Shown here in pieces: positions 6,978 through 14,828 of a DNA stretch of 14,828 bases. A program made the position numbers and the translations under genes. Position 1 is the first letter of the stretch. Every line of letters begins with the position of its first letter. The DNA comes from Candidatus Hermodarchaeota archaeon. Lineage in GTDB: Archaea > Asgardarchaeota > Lokiarchaeia > Sigyniarchaeales > SOKP01. Where the stretch lies: assembly GCA_048885525.1 (NCBI GenBank), contig JBHLLP010000024.1:39818-54645 (forward strand), read 5' to 3'. The notes beneath the pieces were generated by a model that was given only the letters and a program-made list of their open reading frames with translations, was not told the DNA's origin and ran no database searches.

Positions 6978-9461
6978 TTAGGTTAAATCAATATTTAAAG
7001 TAATTTTGTTCTCAAAATCTATAAATACTTTCCATAGGTTATATTTGGGATCTATATAAGAATATTTTATATTTGCTTTAACGATTTTCCTATTGTGTGG
7101 AAGTTTTAATAGTATAAAACCCTCTCTTATTCCAGATAATTCAATACCAATTTCTAATTGATTAAATTCTTGGTAATATTCAAAGTTTTTAATTTCACAG
7201 CATCCTTGAGTTATATGTAAATTTGAGGATATTAAAACTGGTAAATCCTCTATTTTCTTATTTATAGGAATTATATTTAAATATCGACAAGAATGTGGTT
7301 CAATTTCACTTATCTCAAAACTATCATTGACTTTAAATTCACCTAGAAATTTTTCATTCCAAAAGTCAAATATGTAGAATTTTTTATCATTAGTAGAAAA
7401 ATTAGGAACTAGATCTAAAATCTTTAGTTTTTTAGAGATGAAATCATTATTCCAATTTATTAAAGCCACTAAATATCTTTTACCTATTACTTCTTTGGTT
7501 TGGAGCATATAAATTGATGGCAATTCTGATGTAAATGCATCAACTAATAAAGGGTCGTACTTTTTTGGATTATAAGGAGGTAGAAGAAGTTTAGCATCAT
7601 TAATTTCTTCTTCAGAAAGTTTAGACATATCATCTGATATTAATATTTGTCCTCCAGATAACCCAAAAATAGTCATTTGTAATCTGATTTCATCAAGATT
7701 TAATTTTGTATCATTTCGTCTAATCATCAAACAATCAGGGTCATTTATCCAAAAATATTTATGCATAAAAGAACGATAAAGAATGTTCAAAAGAGCTTCC
7801 TTTAGAGCTGGTACAGGTATTTCTTTTAATTCTTCTGGTGTGTCTTCTATTTCCCATATAGGTGCAGTATCTTCACTGATTCTCATTGCATCTACCAGTC
7901 CCACACATGGACCCAGAGGAGCTCCACAACCCAATAAAAAGGATTTATCAGTTATAGCATTTCGAATTGTTCTAATTCCATTATGATATAATTGTGCCCT
8001 TGTTAAGTTTTTGAATTTATATTCTGCATCTAAAGGTACAGCAGCATGAAGAAAATCAATCTTAAAGTAGTTAACTAAAAAATCCATGTTAGTAAATTGA
8101 TTATTTTTGAATGCGTATAAAAGATTGGAAAAAAATGTCCTCAAATAGGCTAGTACGTTTTTATTTGTTAAATCTAAACTGAATTGAAAACCTTGCCAAT
8201 CAAGTGAAAAGTGTGTTTTTAAAATTTTACCTGATTTTTTGAGAAACCAATCTCGATGATTCTTAAAAAGATCTGATTTTCTTCCCCCAAAGAAAGGGGC
8301 TGTCCATATACCTCTTTGAAATTCAGATTTTTTTATTTCTTCGAATAACCATGGAAGCCCATTTGGAAATTTTGAATTAATATTATTATAATCTCCAATC
8401 TCCTTAAAATATCCATCATCCAATTGTATTAAATCAATAGGCAAATTATTTTTATTATTTTTAAAAAATTCTAAATTTTTAATCATTTCTTCTTGATTAA
8501 TCTCTCTAAAATAATAATACCAACTACACCAGCCAATAGGAATTGGTTTTATCTTTTTTTTAATATTATATCTTTTAACAATCTTTGCATAATCAATTAA
8601 TCCATAGTATCCTCGGTTTTTTGTCTTAAAACAAATAAATAATTCCTCAGAAGAGTTAATTGAGTTGTCATTAAATATAACTCCATCCATACACCCAATA
8701 GTTGTAAGTAATTTTAGATCTAACGGATTTTCATAATCCATAATAACTCTAGTAAATTGATCTTTTAAAGTAGTAAATCCTAAAACTAAAGAAGTTTTTG
8801 ATTGCAAATCTGTAATAACTGTACAGTATTCACTATAAAATCTCCCTTCAATTTTATAATCTTGATTATCGTACACCATTTTAAATATTTCTCTTTCAGG
8901 TCCTTTAGTATCTTCCTCATTTCCAAAGATTAATTTGCTGTAACTCCAACTTTGCCATCCATGTTTAAACCATGTTATATTATGTAAATTTGTTGGATGA
9001 TCTAGACCTGATAACCATAAAAAGCTATTTTTTATAGTTAATGGGGATATGCTGTGTACAGCTAATTGATTGAGACTATTATCTATGATGTCAATTAATT
9101 TAATCAAAAGAAAATCCTTATTTTCATATAATGTAAATTGAATTTTAAAGCTGATTTCTTGATTAACGTTACTTAATGATTTGAAAACGACCTTCAATCC
9201 ATCTCCAGATGAATTTGCTATTTTTTCAGTATTAGATTCAAAAGTATAGCTTTTTGATGCACATTCTATTATATCTTCCTTATCTTGAGGATAGAAATTT
9301 ATGACTGAATAGCAATTTTTAATTATGCATTCATCTAAGCCATTTTTTTTAAAATAGATCTCATAATTCCCTTTATTTTCACCACTTTTATTGAATTTAA
9401 AACCGATAATACCATTAAAGACTTCAATTATATCATTATTATCATTGATAATCTCAATCAT
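6978..9461 (-). CDS. Alpha-galactosidase, glycoside hydrolase family 36 (clan D)
   Basis: Motifs GWCSWY, IQLDDGY, GIWTAPF, KIDF (nucleophile Asp), GCGAP, MRISED (acid/base Asp) and NDPD. SD-like GGGAG upstream. No evident signal peptide. Confidence 0.9.
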   Translation of the reverse strand: MIEIINDNNDIIEVFNGIIGFKFNKSGENKGNYEIYFKKNGLDECIIKNCYSVINFYPQDKEDIIECASKSYTFESNTEKIANSSGDGLKVVFKSLSNVNQEISFKIQFTLYENKDFLLIKLIDIIDNSLNQLAVHSISPLTIKNSFLWLSGLDHPTNLHNITWFKHGWQSWSYSKLIFGNEEDTKGPEREIFKMVYDNQDYKIEGRFYSEYCTVITDLQSKTSLVLGFTTLKDQFTRVIMDYENPLDLKLLTTIGCMDGVIFNDNSINSSEELFICFKTKNRGYYGLIDYAKIVKRYNIKKKIKPIPIGWCSWYYYFREINQEEMIKNLEFFKNNKNNLPIDLIQLDDGYFKEIGDYNNINSKFPNGLPWLFEEIKKSEFQRGIWTAPFFGGRKSDLFKNHRDWFLKKSGKILKTHFSLDWQGFQFSLDLTNKNVLAYLRTFFSNLLYAFKNNQFTNMDFLVNYFKIDFLHAAVPLDAEYKFKNLTRAQLYHNGIRTIRNAITDKSFLLGCGAPLGPCVGLVDAMRISEDTAPIWEIEDTPEELKEIPVPALKEALLNILYRSFMHKYFWINDPDCLMIRRNDTKLNLDEIRLQMTIFGLSGGQILISDDMSKLSEEEINDAKLLLPPYNPKKYDPLLVDAFTSELPSIYMLQTKEVIGKRYLVALINWNNDFISKKLKILDLVPNFSTNDKKFYIFDFWNEKFLGEFKVNDSFEISEIEPHSCRYLNIIPINKKIEDLPVLISSNLHITQGCCEIKNFEYYQEFNQLEIGIELSGIREGFILLKLPHNRKIVKANIKYSYIDPKYNLWKVFIDFENKITLNIDLT

Positions 9462-9601
9462 AAACAGCTCCCACGATTTCTCAATTATTTTTGAGTATAT
9501 TTATCAATAAAAATGTATCCCAAAAAAAATTCTCTTTGATTTATATATTAATTAAAAAAGGAAAAATAGAAAAAGTTCTGAATAACGAAAAAATAGTGAG
9601 T

Positions 9602-10789
9602 TTAATTAAAACTGAAAGGTGGAAATTTTCTTCTTTTAATGAAATTTTTCTCGAGATCAGTTTTTAATACATTAAAAGGTTTTAAATTTCCGGAAAATTC
9701 ATTAAGTGTTATTTTGCTGATTTTAGGATCTATCAATTCTTCTACTTCTTCAATCCTGTAAAGATTTCCTTCTGAGAGCATTGAGAGAAAATAATCATTT
9801 TGGTATTTTTTAAATGTTAAAAATCGATATTTCTGAAAACCTAGTTTTACGGCGAGCCATCGCGGTGTGGCCCCAGTATTTCCCTGTGTGTTAGCAGCAA
9901 TTGCTTCAATTCGTGCTGTAAGCATTGACTCCTTCATTTCTTTTTGTTCATCTGGGTCATCAAATTCACCAATATTCTCAATCTTTAAGTCTTCATCTCC
10001 TAATAGAATAGAAATTACACCTATTGACATTGATGATAACCCCACATAATCAATTCTAATTGTATCTTCTACATATGGTATCTCTTGATCGGTAAATACA
10101 TCTTGTAATTTATTTGCGTATTCATTGAGAATAAAAAGCGTCCTTTTCTCGAATTCCTTCTCAATATTGTATTTTTCAAGTTTATTTAATTTTTCTATAT
10201 CTTTATCTTGGATCAATTCTGAGAAATTATTTGACATCTGTTCAAGGATCCATTTACCTTTTTTATCAGGAAATCTTCCATAAACAAGATATATAACCTG
10301 GTCTTTCACATAAAACTGACATTTTTCTTCTTTTTTTTTAGCCTCAGAAATTAAAAGCATTTTATCAAGCTCTCCACCTAAGATACCTGTAGCTATAAAA
10401 TCTAGGTTATTTGTTAATTCTAATAGATAACCGTAATTATTATTGCTACAATATAGCTGAGTTCTTTCTATTGAAGTAATTCCCATTAATTTTACATATT
10501 CTCCTTTCTTTAATTTAATTTTATCACTATCTAAAGAAATTTCAAATGGTTTGTCCTTAACTTTAACTTTTATACCTAATTTTGATGATACTGTTGTAGA
10601 TTTTTTCTCAAATTGTTTAGGAAGAGTTTTTTCTTCCTTATCTGTAGCTAAATCAAATAAAACTGCTAAAAATTTGTTGCATTTAGGACAAAGATGGTCT
10701 TTTGGGTAAGGTTTTCTTATTTTATATTTGCAGAAAGGACATTCTACCTCATCTGTCCTTTTATTTGGAGTGAAAAATAAATTAGAAAT
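9602..10789 (-). CDS. Zn-ribbon + tandem longin-like domain protein, ~395 aa (extended relative to the ORF track 9602..10486; probable ATT start)
   Basis: The frame stays open 101 codons upstream of the ATG at 10486, to a stop at 10790-10792. The extension encodes CPFC-x13-CPKC and contains no ATG/GTG/TTG. GGGGAG (10799-10804) sits 9 nt upstream of ATT. The longin-like call for the two downstream alpha/beta blocks is inference. Confidence 0.7.
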   Translation of the reverse strand: MSNLFFTPNKRTDEVECPFCKYKIRKPYPKDHLCPKCNKFLAVLFDLATDKEEKTLPKQFEKKSTTVSSKLGIKVKVKDKPFEISLDSDKIKLKKGEYVKLMGITSIERTQLYCSNNNYGYLLELTNNLDFIATGILGGELDKMLLISEAKKKEEKCQFYVKDQVIYLVYGRFPDKKGKWILEQMSNNFSELIQDKDIEKLNKLEKYNIEKEFEKRTLFILNEYANKLQDVFTDQEIPYVEDTIRIDYVGLSSMSIGVISILLGDEDLKIENIGEFDDPDEQKEMKESMLTARIEAIAANTQGNTGATPRWLAVKLGFQKYRFLTFKKYQNDYFLSMLSEGNLYRIEEVEELIDPKISKITLNEFSGNLKPFNVLKTDLEKNFIKRRKFPPFSFN

Positions 10790-10835
10790 TTATACCAACT
10801 CCCCTAAAAATTAAATTAATATTAATAAAATGAGA

Positions 10836-11921
10836 TTACAAATATTTATTTGCAATCGTCTTAAATGCATTTAAAAATTTATTATTATCTTCCTCAGTTC
10901 CAATAGTTACTCTTATGTAATTATAAAGTCTAGGTTTACTAAAATGTCTGGTTAGAATCTTCAATTCCTTTAAATCCCAGACAAATTTTAAAGTTTTAGA
11001 CTTATCATCGAATTTTATAAATATGAAATTAGCATCAGAAGGTAACACGCTAATTCCATTGAATTTATTCAGCTCTTCAGTTAGTCTTTCTCTCTCTTTT
11101 AATATTTTTTTGTTTCTCTCAATTATTTTTTTATTATGCTTTATACATGACAAAGCAGCTACTTGTCCCAAATAATTTGTATTATAAGGTAATTTTACTC
11201 TATTCATTTCTTTAATTATTTCAGCATCTGCTAAAGCGAATCCAACTCTTAATGAAGCAAGAGAAAAACTCTTGGAGAAAGAGCGATATACAATTAAATT
11301 TTTCACCTTTTTCAATAATGGCAAACTTGTTTGGGTAGAAAAATCAGCATAAGCTTCATCAACAACAACAATACCTGGAAAAACACCACACAATTTTAAT
11401 ATTGTAGCATTTCCAAAAGATTTTCCGTTTGGATCGTTTGGAGAATTAATAAACATTAGTTTTCCTTTTGCTAAATAAGCTGAATCTGGGATAGAAAAAT
11501 CATCATTTAGTTGAATTTCATTAATTTTAGCATTATAGAGAGTCGCTACTGTTTTATATAACCCGTACGTTGGATAGAATATGACTATTTCATCTCCTGG
11601 GTCAATAAATACTTTGAAAATAACATCTAGTATCTCATCTGACCCATTTCCGATAAAAATCGAATTTCGATTAGTTAATGTATCTTTATCTCTTAATAAA
11701 ACATTTAAAATCTCTTTACGTAGCTCAAAGGAAGTTGGATCTGGATATAATCTAAGTTTTTCATCTACAGCTTTCTTAATATCAATCAAAATATCTGGTA
11801 AGGGTGGAAAAGGGTTTTCATTAGTATTTAATTTAACCCAGTTATCTTCTTCTTGTTGTTCCACCGTTTCATAAGCGGAATATCTCCTTAGATTTTCTCT
11901 TATCAATTTATTTAAGTCCAT
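10836..11921 (-). CDS. hisC: Histidinol-phosphate aminotransferase family PLP enzyme
   Basis: Motifs KLNTNENP, YPDP, GNGSDE, DEAYADF, RSFSK..LASLRVG (PLP Lys), ANFI and IRVTIG. Confidence 0.85.
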   Translation of the reverse strand: MDLNKLIRENLRRYSAYETVEQQEEDNWVKLNTNENPFPPLPDILIDIKKAVDEKLRLYPDPTSFELRKEILNVLLRDKDTLTNRNSIFIGNGSDEILDVIFKVFIDPGDEIVIFYPTYGLYKTVATLYNAKINEIQLNDDFSIPDSAYLAKGKLMFINSPNDPNGKSFGNATILKLCGVFPGIVVVDEAYADFSTQTSLPLLKKVKNLIVYRSFSKSFSLASLRVGFALADAEIIKEMNRVKLPYNTNYLGQVAALSCIKHNKKIIERNKKILKERERLTEELNKFNGISVLPSDANFIFIKFDDKSKTLKFVWDLKELKILTRHFSKPRLYNYIRVTIGTEEDNNKFLNAFKTIANKYL

Positions 11922-12241
11922 TTCTGTACCCTTAGGTAAATTTTAAAGATATGATTATTCCGATGAATTTCTCATTAAATTATTAATTTAAATATTTAAT
12001 TATTCGAATTTAATCTTTGTCTTTTAATTTTTCTTAGTTTGATCTTTAGTGTTATAGAATCTTATAGATAGAGCATTTGTATCAATTATTTTTACTTAAT
12101 TCTATCATTGAATACATTTTGATTTATTAATTAAAATCAAAAACCTATATTTGAAAACTCAATTTTTAAATTTATGCAAACTATTTTATTAATAGCAAAA
12201 AAAACATGATTATTAGAATAACTAAGTAGAGATGATAAACA

Positions 12242-13099
12242 ATGTCAAGCCATAGCTTTGGATTAATGTTTGATGCTCGTCCTGGGGGGGAAATTGTCCC
12301 TATAAAATGGGGTAGAGACAATTTCATGCCAGAAACTTCTGTTATTGTTTTAGATGAAAGTAGCGAATCAGTATTCTTGTGGCATGGAGTTAAGCAAGGA
12401 TTAGTTGCTCGAAGAACGGCTCTTAGGCAAGCTGAATCTTTAAAGGGCCATGGATATACCATAGGTAAAAGTATAATAGGACGGGATATTAAAAATATAA
12501 AAGAGATAGATGCGCGAAAAATCGGAAAAGTTCCAGAAGATACCAAATTGAATGAAGAACTTCAAGCTATATTAGATAAAAAGTTTACAGAGTTAGATAA
12601 TTATATTGTTACCTTTCAAGCAGGTGTTGTAACTCCTCCTGTCATTACTAAACCAGAACCAAAAGTAGAAGCGAAACCCACGTCAACACCTTCAGTATCA
12701 AAAACAGTTACACCTACACAGCCAGTAACACCCATACAACCAATAACACCTGTAAAATCTCCAGAAATTGCTTCTGAATATGAAGTAGCTGAATCAATGC
12801 CAGCAATTAAACCGGAGTCCAAACCAGCTCCAGCAATAAAGGTTTCACCAGCAAACCTTTTAACTGATGCTAAAGTATCCTTTGTATTTTCTGCTATTCT
12901 AGAACATTATGATGATATTTGGATTTCTAAAAAACCTGATGGAAATTTTGCTGTTGAGGAGATGGATGGACCAATTTGTCAATTCTCGATAAAGGAAGGT
13001 TCAAAACTGAATTTTACAGCAAATAGTTTTTCAGGCGTAAATCCAGGAGTGAAGACTGCAATTCAGAAAAAATTTATCGAACTCTCAAAACTATTATAA
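12242..13099 (+). CDS. Gelsolin/villin-like single-domain protein with Pro/Thr-rich linker and C-terminal domain of unknown function
   Basis: SVIVLDESSESVFLWHG...RRTALRQAESL matches the gelsolin-repeat pattern (hhLD....hahWxG.....A...A). The central low-complexity PT linker is followed by an ~80-aa C-terminal alpha/beta domain. Confidence 0.7.
   Translation: MSSHSFGLMFDARPGGEIVPIKWGRDNFMPETSVIVLDESSESVFLWHGVKQGLVARRTALRQAESLKGHGYTIGKSIIGRDIKNIKEIDARKIGKVPEDTKLNEELQAILDKKFTELDNYIVTFQAGVVTPPVITKPEPKVEAKPTSTPSVSKTVTPTQPVTPIQPITPVKSPEIASEYEVAESMPAIKPESKPAPAIKVSPANLLTDAKVSFVFSAILEHYDDIWISKKPDGNFAVEEMDGPICQFSIKEGSKLNFTANSFSGVNPGVKTAIQKKFIELSKLL
12707..12754 (+). repeat. Short degenerate 18-bp coding repeat (VTPTQP VTPIQP ITPV)
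   Basis: gttacacctacacagcca / gtaacacccatacaacca / ataacacctgta. Confidence 0.7.
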
Positions 13100-13182
13100 C
13101 TTTTTATTTTATACTTATTTATTATTTATTAAATTCTTGTAGAGAGGTTTATCTTAAGTTAAAATAATACTTGCGTCTTACT

Positions 13183-14828
13183 ATGAAATTTAATAAGCTA
13201 TCTCAATTATTTTCTGAACTTGAAAGTACTTCTAAAAGACTTGAAATGATTGATTTATTATCAGAGTATTTTAAAGAAATTAAAAATAGTAAAGATTTTG
13301 AAGATTTAGATAAAATTATTTATCTATTGCAAGGTCAATTAGCCCCAAATATAAAACAATTTCCTAAAATGGGATTAGCTGAAAAGATGATAATCGAAGC
13401 ATTGTCTGTACACTCTGGAATTGATGCTAAGAAAATTAAGGAAGTTTTAGTAAAAAAAGGGGATATTGGAGCAGCTGCGGAATTAATTTTGTCAAAAAAG
13501 AAGAAGCAAAAATCTTTATTTGACTATAATAGAGAAAATGCAAGTTCAGAAGTTTCATTAAGCATTTCTGAATTATATTCTGAATTAAAAAAAATAGCTT
13601 TATCTGAAGGTACTGGATCACACGATACTAAACTCGGGATATTAAGAGGATTAATGAGAAAGTGTTCTGCCTTAGAAACGAAATATTTATTACGAGTTAT
13701 TACATCCACATTGAGAGTTGGGGTCCAATCACCGACTATAATCGAGGGTTTAGCTCTTGCTTTTACTGATAACAAGGAAAATAAAGAAATTATCGAAAGA
13801 TCTTACACTCTACATCCAGATCTTGGAGAAATTGCGAAAATCTTAGCAGAAAAAGGTTTAGATGTAGTAAAGGAGATCAATATACAATATGGAACTCCAA
13901 TACTTAGTATGCTAGCTTCAAGAGAAATTTATACCGAATTTATTAGTAGATTAGGAAAACCTTTTGTTGCAGAATATAAATTAGACGGAGAAAGACTTCA
14001 AATTCATAAAATTAGTAATGATGTCATACTATTTTCTCGGCGTCTATTGGATATTTCAGAGCAATATCCTGATGTTTGTCAAGTCATCAAAGAAAATGTC
14101 CATGCTGAGAATGTGATATTTGAAGGCGAAGTCGTAGCAATGGATTATTTTTACGAAAAAATGCTTCCTTTCCAAGTTTTAAGCCAAAGAAGAAGAAAAT
14201 ATGATATTGAAAATATTGCTAAAGAAGTTCCAGTTTGTTTATTTGTTTTTGATCTTTTAAAATTTGGAGATGAGTCATATGTAGATAAAGCTCTTCCGGA
14301 ACGGCGAAAAAAACTAGAAGAAATTGTAGAAGAAAGAGATGAAATAAGGTTAGTCGAATCTATATTGATAAATTCTACTGATGAATTGCTCGAATTCTTT
14401 AATAAAGCGAGAGAAGAAGGAACAGAAGGAATAATGGCTAAATCGATTAAAGATGATTCCATATATCAAGCAGGAAATCGAGGTTATAAATGGCTTAAAT
14501 TAAAAAGTTTGGAAGGAGGAAAATTAAAAGACACTATTGATGTGGTGTTAGTTGGTGCCTTTTTTGGAAAAGGTCGAAGAACTGGGGTATACGGAACATA
14601 TATCGGTGCGGTTTATGACCCTAAGAATGATAACTTTATAGCTTTTACTCGTTTCTTTTCAGGATTGACTGATGAATTATCTGAATCTTTAACTAGAGAT
14701 TTAAAAAAATATAATGTTAATAAAAAACCAAAAAATGTCATATGTGAAGATAAACCTGATATTTGGTTAAAACCAGAGGTAGTAATGGAGATTACGGGAG
14801 ATGAAATAACAATCAGTGATAAATTTGC
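13183..14828 (+). CDS. lig: ATP-dependent DNA ligase (archaeal/eukaryotic type), truncated by the window end
   Basis: Starts MKFNKLSQLFSELESTSKRLEMIDLL. Motif I EYKLDGER (Lys codon 13978-13980), then FEGEVVA, FVFDLL, EGIMAK, YQAGNRG.KWLKLK and DVVLVGAFFGKGRR. No stop found before the window end, so it is absent from the ORF track. Confidence 0.95.
   Translation, partial: MKFNKLSQLFSELESTSKRLEMIDLLSEYFKEIKNSKDFEDLDKIIYLLQGQLAPNIKQFPKMGLAEKMIIEALSVHSGIDAKKIKEVLVKKGDIGAAAELILSKKKKQKSLFDYNRENASSEVSLSISELYSELKKIALSEGTGSHDTKLGILRGLMRKCSALETKYLLRVITSTLRVGVQSPTIIEGLALAFTDNKENKEIIERSYTLHPDLGEIAKILAEKGLDVVKEINIQYGTPILSMLASREIYTEFISRLGKPFVAEYKLDGERLQIHKISNDVILFSRRLLDISEQYPDVCQVIKENVHAENVIFEGEVVAMDYFYEKMLPFQVLSQRRRKYDIENIAKEVPVCLFVFDLLKFGDESYVDKALPERRKKLEEIVEERDEIRLVESILINSTDELLEFFNKAREEGTEGIMAKSIKDDSIYQAGNRGYKWLKLKSLEGGKLKDTIDVVLVGAFFGKGRRTGVYGTYIGAVYDPKNDNFIAFTRFFSGLTDELSESLTRDLKKYNVNKKPKNVICEDKPDIWLKPEVVMEITGDEITISDKF

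Noticed and set aside
7783-7986. 67-aa plus-strand ORF
   Set aside because: Antisense to the GH36 catalytic domain
9867-10049. 60-aa plus-strand ORF
   Set aside because: Antisense shadow of the 9602..10789 gene
10487-10789. Separate small Zn-finger gene in the gap
   Set aside because: Codon-by-codon reading shows no stop; it is continuous with the downstream ORF
11581-11874. 97-aa plus-strand ORF
   Set aside because: Ser-rich antisense shadow of hisC
12181-12822. Minus-strand ORFs 12181..12546 and 12616..12822
   Set aside because: Antisense to the gelsolin-like gene
13436-14462. Three minus-strand ORFs (61, 83 and 103 aa)
   Set aside because: All lie antisense within the DNA ligase gene that the ORF track missed

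Overview
AT-rich archaeal window, most likely from an Asgard archaeon (Lokiarchaeia-like). This is inferred from the density of eukaryotic-signature-like proteins plus an archaeal-type ATP-dependent DNA ligase. The left 4.5 kb holds a possible membrane-signalling module. Two ~370-aa paralogs with a predicted longin/uDENN N-terminus and two winged-helix-like regions (NPRL2/NPRL3-like architecture) are each translationally coupled (TAATG) to an upstream gene, and they bracket a longin-fused Arf/Rag-like small GTPase. Only one paralog has arginines in the loop where NPRL2/FLCN/SMCR8 carry their GAP arginine finger. The rest contains a form IV RuBisCO-like protein, a HEAT+LRR protein, a GH36 alpha-galactosidase, a Zn-ribbon + tandem-longin-like protein whose true start appears to be a non-canonical ATT ~300 nt upstream of the ORF-track start, a HisC-family aminotransferase, a gelsolin-domain protein and a 3'-truncated DNA ligase that the ORF track misses. 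A long G-U-containing hairpin lies in the 2462-2938 intergenic region. All domain calls are by-eye motif recognition; no searches were run.
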